A DNA stretch of 54,487 bases from Actinomycetota bacterium (GTDB lineage: Bacteria; Actinomycetota; Geothermincolia; Fen-727; Anoxymicrobiaceae). The notes beneath the pieces were generated by a model, which saw only the letters and a program-made list of their open reading frames with translations, did not search any database and had not been told where the DNA came from. Positions 1 to 7,289 of this stretch are shown piece by piece (position 1 is the stretch's first letter; each line of letters starts with the position of its first letter). The translations under genes were made by a program, and so were the position numbers. The stretch covers positions 1 through 54,487 of the forward strand of contig PMJJ01000092.1 in the NCBI GenBank assembly GCA_003157385.1, written 5' to 3'.

Positions 1-2
1 TC

Positions 3-1301
3 CCGGCGCCGGTCGAGAGCGTCGAGTCCTCCTCCCCGGCGGAGCGAGCGGGACTGCGACCCGGCGACACAATATTCAGCGTCGACGGCATGCGGCCGCA
101 TGACGCGATAGACCTGTACCTGGCACTGGCGGACGGCGGAGATCACAGCCTGGAGGTCGAGCGGGCGGGTATGGGCAAGCGGAGCTCGGTCGAGCTCCAC
201 CTGGACGCCGAGGCGCCGGGGATCGAGCTGTCAAAGCAGGTGTTCGACGGGGTGCGGAGGTGTCGGAACAACTGCATGTTCTGCTTCGTCGACCAGCTCC
301 CCGAGGGGCTGCGTAAGTCGGTGTACGTCAAGGACGACGACTACCGCCTCAGCTTCCTCGGCGGCAACTTCATAACGCTAACCAACATGACGCGGGCGGA
401 TGTGAAGCGCATCATCCACCAGCGCCTGTCGCCGCTCTACGTCAGCCTGCACTCGACCGACCACAGCATACGAACCAGGATGTTCGGAAATCCCGAGGCC
501 GACAGCGCACTCAAGGTCCTCAAGGAGCTTCTGCGGGCCGGCATAGAAGTGCACCTGCAGATAGTACTGCTTAAGGGAGTGAACGACGAGGAGAAGCTGG
601 ACGCCACGCTGGCCGACCTGAGCAGGCACTACAGGGGTGTCGCGTCCGTCGGGCTGGTGCCAGTTGGCCTGAGCACCGGAGGAAGGAAGACGCTTCCCGA
701 CAAGTTCGGGTTCGACGCGGAGTCGTCCGCGCGCGTCATCGAGCAGCTCTCCGCCTGGACCGATCGCTTCGAGGGATGCGGGCCGTACGCCGCCGACGAG
801 TTCTTCTTCATGGCTGCCCGGGAGCCACCGGAGGCTGAGTACTACGGCGCCTTCGAGCAAACGGAGAATGGCATAGGTCTGGCCAGGTTCTTCAGGGATG
901 AGTTTGCCGAGGCGGTGTCGTCGAGTTCTTTCGGGCCGGGAAGGAGGCAAAGCGTTGCGCTGGTCACGACTCCCGCAGGAGCCTGGGCCCTGGGTCCGCT
1001 GGGGGTAGAGGCAAAAGGCGCGAAGCTGCTGGTCTGCGAGAACAGCCTGTTCGGCTCCCGGGTGAATGTCTGCGGCCTGCTGCCGGGAAGTGACGTCGAG
1101 CGCGCGCTCGCGGGAGCCGGCGACATCGAGATCGCTCTGGTCCCGGACGTGATGCTCGATGACGAGGAGCGGTTCATAGATGGAACGACGCTGGCGCAGG
1201 TGTCGGAGCGCACAGGAGTGCGGATGCGACCTGTCCTGACGTCCGGCGAAGCTCTGCTGGAGGCGCTGGGAGGCGCGGTCGGGGAGGGCGGTAAGAGATG
1301 A
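3..1301 (+). CDS. PDZ-domain radical-SAM-like protein (DUF512 family), 5' end outside window
   Basis: The frame stays open upstream of the listed Met to position 3 and reads ...SPAERAGLRPGDTIFSVDG, which is PDZ-like. CRNNCMFC is a CxxxCxxC cluster motif. The stop overlaps the der start (ATGA). Confidence 0.8.
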   Translation, partial: PAPVESVESSSPAERAGLRPGDTIFSVDGMRPHDAIDLYLALADGGDHSLEVERAGMGKRSSVELHLDAEAPGIELSKQVFDGVRRCRNNCMFCFVDQLPEGLRKSVYVKDDDYRLSFLGGNFITLTNMTRADVKRIIHQRLSPLYVSLHSTDHSIRTRMFGNPEADSALKVLKELLRAGIEVHLQIVLLKGVNDEEKLDATLADLSRHYRGVASVGLVPVGLSTGGRKTLPDKFGFDAESSARVIEQLSAWTDRFEGCGPYAADEFFFMAAREPPEAEYYGAFEQTENGIGLARFFRDEFAEAVSSSSFGPGRRQSVALVTTPAGAWALGPLGVEAKGAKLLVCENSLFGSRVNVCGLLPGSDVERALAGAGDIEIALVPDVMLDDEERFIDGTTLAQVSERTGVRMRPVLTSGEALLEALGGAVGEGGKR

Positions 1302-2626
1302 GAAAGAAGACGCTCCCGGTGGTCGCCATACTGGGTCGGCCGAACGTCGGCAAGTCCACGCTCCTCAACCGGATGGCCTCGCGAATGGTCGCCATCGTCG
1401 ATGCCATGCCGGGCGTGACCCGCGACAGGAAGTACGTCCCGGCCAGGTGGCGCGACAGGGACTTCATCGTGGCGGATACCGGCGGCGTGGGCATCGAGGA
1501 GGGATTCCTGGCGAGCGACGTAGAGAGGCAGGCATTCTTCGCCGCCGAAGAGGCCGACGTCATCGTCATGGTGGTAGACGTCAAGACGGGCGTCACCGAC
1601 GACGACGAGTGGCTGGCAAGGAAACTGAAGAGGCTCAAGCGCCACGTCCTGCTGGTCGTCAACAAAGTGGACAACCAGGTCGCCGAAAGCGAGGCCGGAG
1701 TCTTCTATGCCCTGGGCCTCGGCGACCCCATAACAATCTCGGCCCAGCACGGCCTGGGCATCGGAGACCTGCTGGACGAGGTCGTGGAGCTGCTGCCTCC
1801 GTTCGTCCCGTCCGAGGAGAAACCGGAGATATCCGTGGCGATAGTCGGCAGGCCAAACGTCGGCAAATCCTCGATACTGAACAGGCTCTCCGAAGAGGAG
1901 CGGGCGCTGGTGCACGAGGAGCCGCACACCACCCGCGACACCATCGACACCATCGTCGAGCGCGACGACAAGGACTACCGCATCCTGGACACCGCGGGCA
2001 TCAGGAAGAACCGCGGCGGGATGGACGACGTCGAGTACTACTCGTCCGTGCGCACCTTCAGGGCCATCGAGGACGCCGACGTCGTTCTGCTGGTCATCGA
2101 CGCGGGCGAGGGGCCCAGCGACCACGACCAGAAGATCGCGAGCAAGATCGCATCGAGGGGCCGCGCCTGCATAATCCTCATCAACAAGTGGGACCTGATA
2201 GAGGAGAGACACAAGGGAAAAGAGGTCATGGATTCGCTGGCCTATAAGTTCCGCTGGGCGACGCACCTGCCGCTGCTGCGGGTCTCGGCGCTGACCGGGC
2301 GGGGCCTGGACAAGGTGCTGCCGCTGGTGGACACCGTCTATTCGGAGTGGCAGAGCAGGATACCAACGCCTGCGCTCAACGATTTCTTTGCCCGCGTCAA
2401 GGACAAGGTGGCCCCGCCCAGGAAGGGTTCGCGGCAGCTGAAGATGTACTACGCGACGCAGGCCGGCACCGCTCCACCCACCGTGATTATCTTTGTCAAC
2501 GACGCGGGACTGGTGAAGGCCGATTACCGCAAGTTCCTGGAGAGACAGCTGCGCGAGGAGTACGGGTTCTGGGGAACGCCTGTCAGGGTCCACTTCAAGA
2601 CTGCCGGAAAAGATCGCAGGCGGTAG
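1298..2626 (+). CDS. der: Ribosome-associated GTPase Der/EngA
   Basis: Two tandem GTPase domains with P-loops GRPNVGKST and GRPNVGKSS, plus DTAG motifs and a KH-like C-terminus. Confidence 0.97.
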   Translation: MRKKTLPVVAILGRPNVGKSTLLNRMASRMVAIVDAMPGVTRDRKYVPARWRDRDFIVADTGGVGIEEGFLASDVERQAFFAAEEADVIVMVVDVKTGVTDDDEWLARKLKRLKRHVLLVVNKVDNQVAESEAGVFYALGLGDPITISAQHGLGIGDLLDEVVELLPPFVPSEEKPEISVAIVGRPNVGKSSILNRLSEEERALVHEEPHTTRDTIDTIVERDDKDYRILDTAGIRKNRGGMDDVEYYSSVRTFRAIEDADVVLLVIDAGEGPSDHDQKIASKIASRGRACIILINKWDLIEERHKGKEVMDSLAYKFRWATHLPLLRVSALTGRGLDKVLPLVDTVYSEWQSRIPTPALNDFFARVKDKVAPPRKGSRQLKMYYATQAGTAPPTVIIFVNDAGLVKADYRKFLERQLREEYGFWGTPVRVHFKTAGKDRRR

Positions 2627-2773
2627 ACAAAAAGCCCCCGTTTCAGGCAGAATTCGGACATCCCGGTAAAATAATCGCGTTATTCAGCCTTTTTTTCACT
2701 TTTTCAAAGGTAGAACCGCTTGGATGGTGGAAAAATTGCGTAAATAGGGGCTCGTAGAAGGGGGGTGAAGTTC

Positions 2774-3055
2774 TTGACGAAGAAAGAGCTTGCGGATGAG
2801 GTATCGGCGAAGGTAAAGATCTCCAAGAAGGATGCGGCGCTGGCGGTGGATGCGGCGCTGGACGGCATCACCAACGCGTTGAAGAAGGGAGATAAGGTCT
2901 CGCTCGTCGGCTTCGGGACGTTCGAAGTGCGCAAGAGGAAGGCGCGCACGGGGATAAACCCGCAGACGAAGGCTACCATCAAGATCGCAGCGAGCAAGGC
3001 TCCGGCGTTCAGGCCGGGCAAAGCACTGAAGGACTCGATCTCAAAGAAGAAGTAG
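2774..3055 (+). CDS. hup: HU-family DNA-binding protein
   Basis: HU/IHF signature ...GFGTFEVRKRKARTGINPQT...AFRPGKALK. I prefer TTG 2774, 9 nt after the GAAGGGGGG Shine-Dalgarno, over the track's GTG 2765, which abuts the SD. Confidence 0.93.
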   Translation: MTKKELADEVSAKVKISKKDAALAVDAALDGITNALKKGDKVSLVGFGTFEVRKRKARTGINPQTKATIKIAASKAPAFRPGKALKDSISKKK

Positions 3056-3070
3056 CAGAGCAAAACTCTA

Positions 3071-3110
3071 ACGCACCACTGGCGCTTATCGCGGTGGTGC
3101 GTTTTTGTTT
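3071..3110 (+). terminator. Intrinsic terminator after hup
   Basis: 9-bp stem acgcaccac/gtggtgcgt followed by tttttgttt. Confidence 0.8.
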
Positions 3111-3158
3111 CTACTGACCGCGATTACGGGTTTTGCTACAATTACATCCGTGACCCGT

Positions 3159-3236
3159 CGGGACGTGGCGCAGTCAGGTTAGCGCACTGGTCTGGGGGAC
3201 CAGGGGTCGCCGGTTCAAATCCGGCCGTCCCGACCA
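3159..3236 (+). tRNA. tRNA-Pro (anticodon GGG)
   Basis: The cloverleaf is readable by eye. Acceptor cgggacg/cgtcccg; anticodon stem ctggt/accag with loop ctGGGgg; T-arm gccgg-ttcaaat-ccggc; CCA encoded. Confidence 0.92.
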
Positions 3237-3555
3237 TCACCCTTCCGTAGTATCAAGCCATTTATGCGATATCACCATCTCTCGGATTCAAGCGGTATCC
3301 GTTGGCCGTCCCGCGTCTGTCACATCCGATTGTCGCGAGAGACGTTCAAATCCTACATTGTGAGGTGCGGGAGTTGGGCGAATATGGATGCTCGAAGCTG
3401 GCAGACGCGGCGATTCTGGAGGCTCTCTTGCCGTCGCCTGAGAGCCTCGATATCGAGGGCAGGGCGAAACCGGAGCAGCACGGAGGTCCCGTCATCGCAC
3501 CGTGATATAATCTCGGCGGCATCGTGGGGTGGGAACGTGGCGTGGGGAGTGTTCC

Positions 3556-3864
3556 ATGCGGGCTTTCACAATCATCGCGTGCATTTTGATCGTCGGCCTC
3601 ATGGTTGCTGGTTGCAGCAGCAAGGCGGCGTCTGATAAGGCGTGGGCGAAGATCACCGCACAGTCGAAGATCGCTGGCGAGAAGGCACAGAAACTCTGGG
3701 ACCAGTATCCGAATGTCAGCGTTCAAGAGCAGAATAGATTGACCACGGAGATCCTCGGCCTCATCCCGACCCTGGAGCAATACTGGGATAAGACCACCGG
3801 GCGATTCACGGTCAACGACCCCCAGGTCCAGCAGATGATCGACATAATGAAGAATAGGAAGTAG
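3556..3864 (+). CDS. Small lipoprotein, unknown function
   Basis: Signal peptide with lipobox LMVAG/C. A GGGGAG SD lies 6 nt upstream of ATG 3556. No family recognised in the mature part. Confidence 0.6.
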   Translation: MRAFTIIACILIVGLMVAGCSSKAASDKAWAKITAQSKIAGEKAQKLWDQYPNVSVQEQNRLTTEILGLIPTLEQYWDKTTGRFTVNDPQVQQMIDIMKNRK

Positions 3865-4045
3865 CACATCCGCATTCCTGACAGCACGTTCAATCCCACT
3901 CGCCAATGGCATACTCCATCCTGACGCGGGTCCCGTCTTCAAACTGAGTTGTCGCGATTCAAATGGACTTGACCCGCGACGTCCTCTTGTGTCCAGCTAC
4001 GTTTCAAGACGGCGCCAAGTGGCTCGCGGGCAATCAGGAGAAGTG

Positions 4046-4076
4046 AAAACCCCTCGCCGTGGTGACGAGGGGTTTA
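4046..4076. terminator. Bidirectional hairpin terminator between convergent lipoprotein genes
   Basis: Stem cccctcg/cgagggg, with an A-run on the left flank and ttta on the right. Confidence 0.6.
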
Positions 4077-4115
4077 TCAGGTTTAGAACCGGCTGGATTT
4101 CGCCAGTGACCATTC

Positions 4116-4433
4116 TCAGAACTTGACCGCCGCAACGGGTTTACCGTTAACCGTCTTCAGAAAATAGACACCCTTCTTTTCGTCTATCGGAATCTGCTTC
4201 ATGTAATTGGGGACGAGTTGACTGATATTGGTGGGATATTTATTTGTTTCCGCATTGTACGTACTTATAGCATTATCTATGGTTCTCAGGTTCGCTTCCT
4301 GCGTGGGTGTCAGCTTGCCGGAACCCATGTCATTTATGGTATAGACAGTGGGTGTGGTCGTGCCGCACCCCGCGATACCAAGAATCCCAACCACCATCGA
4401 AAGAGACACCAGGACCACCAACAACTTCTTCAT
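4116..4433 (-). CDS. Lipoprotein with pilin/pseudopilin-like globular domain
   Basis: MKKLLVVLVSLSMVVGILGIAG/C lipobox. The mature part, ...NLRTIDNAISTYNAETNKYPTNISQLVPNYMKQIP..., resembles the head domain of type IV pilin/ComGC-like proteins but lacks the class III signal. Confidence 0.65.
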   Translation of the reverse strand: MKKLLVVLVSLSMVVGILGIAGCGTTTPTVYTINDMGSGKLTPTQEANLRTIDNAISTYNAETNKYPTNISQLVPNYMKQIPIDEKKGVYFLKTVNGKPVAAVKF

Positions 4434-4767
4434 GTTTTACCTCCCCAGTTCAGTACCCCGCATCCACCTGTGATAACGGCAGTCTATCATGCGAATTCAA
4501 ACCAAAGTGATCTGCGCCGTCCGTTTGTCCACTGATGTCCACCCTGCCGGTTCTTGCCACTCGTGAAGCATGCCCCAAGGTCGTGCCCTTCGTGCCTGTC
4601 ATTCCCCACCAAACCATTAGAATCCATTCCCGTCTCATTCCCGCCTCTCGACGCGCAACCCTGCAACTAGGCACAACTAGTCAAAGGTTGATTTGTGATT
4701 TAACCAAGCGGATAGTTGGCGTTTTCTGTATGAGACTGGGAAATGCGCGATCACGCAGGGACGCGAG

Positions 4768-4808
4768 TGGGGGACCGGGGGTCGCCGGTTCAAATGTCCG
4801 TCCCGACT
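4768..4808 (+). repeat. Degenerate direct copy of tRNA-Pro 3' half (putative attR)
   Basis: tgggggaccgggggtcgccggttcaaatgtccgtcccgac here versus tgggggaccaggggtcgccggttcaaatccggccgtcccgac in the tRNA. The T-stem is broken, so this copy is not a functional tRNA. Confidence 0.75.
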
Positions 4809-4816
4809 TACGCCGC

Positions 4817-5779
4817 CTATTTACTCACCTTCGATGCCGGGAACACCGTCTGGTCCGCAGTTTCCTGCAAGACCTTTGCCTGAGACGGGTCAATGGTCAG
4901 CGGACTTGCACCCGTCACGGGAGCGTTGAAGAGGACGTCGTAGAAAACACACGCCGAAAGATAATTACCCTCATCCGACGGGTGGCTTCCGTCGGCTTGA
5001 TAGAGTTCTATCCCGGGGTGCGACTGGCGAACGCTGGACCAGGCCATGCCGACCGGAGCGAGAGTGGCTGGCAGAGCCGCGGCCAGTTGTTCGTAAGTTG
5101 CGCTGATCAACGCCTGATCGCCGCTGTAGGTACCTACTGCTGGAATCCGCATGAAGTACTCGCTGTCACCGTTCTTCCTTCCCCAGGTCTCAAACAGGAC
5201 AGTCCTGGAGGACGCATTGGCCTGATGGATCATCGAGTTCAACTGTTGCGCGTAGGGTGTGATATATCTCGCCTTTTCGGTGTCGCTGTATATGGCGGGG
5301 ATCTGACTCTGCTCCTGGAGGACCACGGAATCCCACTTCCTCGACTGTATCTCGGAGATCGTGTTCTGGTACGTGGCGTGCTGCCGCAACGTAAAGCCTC
5401 CGGGGGCTGACATTCCATAAGTAAGCTTGTTGCCGAGCGATGTGCTGATCTCGGAGATGGCCAGAGGAAGATTCTTGACTGACGTATAGCTGTTTCCTAT
5501 AAAGAGCACGCTGATATCCTTCGGTTTTGAATGCTGTCCGCCGGCGGACAGCAACATGTATCCCAGCGTGCCGATGATCACTACGCTGGCCACTATTATC
5601 AGGCTCAGATAGACCCGCCTGGAGAACTTCCGTCGCCCGGCCGCACCAGGAAGCGCATCCGCTTGAGGCGGCACGGCAGCGGGTGCAGACGCGGAGAGTT
5701 CCGGCCCGAATCTGCGCGCGCACAGATCACAGAAAGCCGCACCTTCCGGGTTGTAGGCGCCGCACGAGGGGCACTTCAT
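4817..5779 (-). CDS. Zinc-ribbon / single-TM / SGNH-hydrolase-like (DUF4886-like) protein
   Basis: MKCPSCGAYNPEGAAFCDLCARRF zinc ribbon, one TM segment, then VLFIGNSYT...WDSVVLQEQS, typical of SGNH-fold proteins. ATG 5779 has a GGAGG SD 5 nt upstream. Confidence 0.7.
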   Translation of the reverse strand: MKCPSCGAYNPEGAAFCDLCARRFGPELSASAPAAVPPQADALPGAAGRRKFSRRVYLSLIIVASVVIIGTLGYMLLSAGGQHSKPKDISVLFIGNSYTSVKNLPLAISEISTSLGNKLTYGMSAPGGFTLRQHATYQNTISEIQSRKWDSVVLQEQSQIPAIYSDTEKARYITPYAQQLNSMIHQANASSRTVLFETWGRKNGDSEYFMRIPAVGTYSGDQALISATYEQLAAALPATLAPVGMAWSSVRQSHPGIELYQADGSHPSDEGNYLSACVFYDVLFNAPVTGASPLTIDPSQAKVLQETADQTVFPASKVSK

Positions 5780-5922
5780 GCATACCTCCGCAGAATCCGG
5801 GCTTCCCAGGCCTACTGCCAAACCTGTTCTCTGGCCTGTCGGGTCTGACGGTGCTTGACGGCCTCAGAACACACTTGCAAAGGGTTAGACGAAACGTGGA
5901 TAGAAAACGGCACTACTTCCGA

Positions 5923-6333
5923 CTATTCAATCCGCGCCCGCGCCGACCCCACGATCGTTCTAGCATGACCGGTAAGGAACAGCAACGTCAGGACCGCCTG
6001 CATCACCCAGGAGGGCAACGCTTTTCCCAACACCATGTCGCCACTCTTCACTGCCAGAGCCTCCGCCGCGGCGAGCCCGGCGATCACCTGCACGGTCATG
6101 GGTGCCACGGCCCTTCGCTCGAAAGGCTTGCGCGCCGCCCAGAACAACAGCAGCGTCCAGCCGGCCATCAGAGATGCGCCCATCCGCATGGCGAATCCGT
6201 ACCTGCCGTCGCTCTTTTCGAATCCCCACAGCAGCTTCGCCAGCCGCGGATGCAGCATGGGCGCCAGCGCTCCCGCGTCGATCACCGCGCCAAGCAGGAA
6301 AGTCGTCCTGAGCAGTCTCGCATCCTCGTCCAC
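5923..6333 (-). CDS. Hypothetical integral membrane protein
   Basis: Several hydrophobic segments and no recognised motif. Coding status rests on ORF length and composition only. Confidence 0.45.
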   Translation of the reverse strand: MDEDARLLRTTFLLGAVIDAGALAPMLHPRLAKLLWGFEKSDGRYGFAMRMGASLMAGWTLLLFWAARKPFERRAVAPMTVQVIAGLAAAEALAVKSGDMVLGKALPSWVMQAVLTLLFLTGHARTIVGSARARIE

Positions 6334-6605
6334 GAAGCCTCTTTCGTCATGCGCACGTCATACAAAGAGCGCACCGCTATGCGCGCACAAGCTCTCGTTA
6401 CCGTGAATACTTAAGTAAGCCTTGAACCGACTCCTTCCCGTTCGACTCTCGCGATGAAACGCAGGCGTCCGCGACACACCCTTCGCGCTCGGACAGGCCC
6501 CGTGGAGTCTGCTAGAATTACTGGATACCAGAGTAAGCCCGGCTTCGCCCGGTTCATACCAGGTGGCCCCGGCATCTCTTGCTGATCTCCCTGAAAGGAC
6601 AATGG

Positions 6606-7271
6606 ATGGAGAACGTCGCAAACGTAGTGACACTGATGAGGGTCGCCATCACGCCGCTGTTCGTAGTCTTCATGGTGATGTCCAACTCGCACCCAGGCTA
6701 TCGCTGGGTGGCGCTGGCGGTCTTCATGTTCGGCGCCTTCACGGACTTCGCCGACGGACAGATAGCACGGCGCACCGACACCATCTCGAGGTTCGGGATA
6801 ATCGTGGACCCGCTCGCCGACCGTCTCTTCATCGGCGCCACCATCATAACTCTCTACTCCATGCGAATAATCCCGCTGCTCTTCCTCATAGTAGTGCTGG
6901 GCAGGGACGTATTGATGGCCGTGGGCTACCCGTTCATCGGAAAGATCGATCCCGACAAGGTCGCGGTGCACTGGTCGGGCAAGGTGGCGACCGCGACGCT
7001 GTTCGGCGCGCTCACCCTGCTGATCATGTCCACTCCCACCGTTTTCGGGGGCGGACAATACGGCTTCTCGGGCAGCCGCGCGGGGTTCTCGGGCTTTCCG
7101 TTGACCTCACCTGGCGGACACTGGGCACAGTTCCTGGGTCTGTGGCTGTTCATAGTAGGGATGGCCTGGTCGCTCTACTCGGCGGGCATCTATGTTAAGA
7201 GGGCGCTTGCCGCGGTCGCCGAAGAAAAGGCGCAGGGCTCCGCTGAAGCCGGCGCGGACGCCCCGGCATGA
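6606..7271 (+). CDS. CDP-alcohol phosphatidyltransferase (PgsA-like)
   Basis: Family motif DFADGQIARR...G...DPLAD, multi-TM. ATG 6606 lies 6 nt after an AAAGGA SD; the track's TTG 6579 is less likely. Confidence 0.85.
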   Translation: MENVANVVTLMRVAITPLFVVFMVMSNSHPGYRWVALAVFMFGAFTDFADGQIARRTDTISRFGIIVDPLADRLFIGATIITLYSMRIIPLLFLIVVLGRDVLMAVGYPFIGKIDPDKVAVHWSGKVATATLFGALTLLIMSTPTVFGGGQYGFSGSRAGFSGFPLTSPGGHWAQFLGLWLFIVGMAWSLYSAGIYVKRALAAVAEEKAQGSAEAGADAPA

Positions 7272-7289
7272 GCATTGGAGAATAGCGAC

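Larger units (their letters stand above)
3192..4808. mobile_element. Putative tRNA-Pro-associated integrated islet (integrase-less remnant)
   Basis: The 3' part of tRNA-Pro recurs in the same orientation, in degenerate form, at 4768-4808. The enclosed DNA is visibly more AT-rich and carries only two lipoprotein genes. Confidence 0.45.

Noticed and set aside
3-1301. The DUF512 radical-SAM protein as the missing NrdG activase
   Set aside because: Its size, PDZ domain, DUF512 C-terminus and conserved position before der are those of a different family. NrdG is about 150-250 aa with the cluster motif near its N-terminus.
842-2593. 583-aa ORF antisense to der
   Set aside because: It is Arg/Pro/Gly-rich low-complexity translation on the strand opposite an unambiguous der gene. 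Such ORFs are a typical high-GC artefact.
3264-3942. ORFs 3264-3635 (+), 3302-3505 (+) and 3346-3942 (-) inside the islet
   Set aside because: They show no protein-like features. They overlap or run antisense to the lipoprotein gene, which has a good SD and lipobox. I also looked here for an integrase remnant and saw none.
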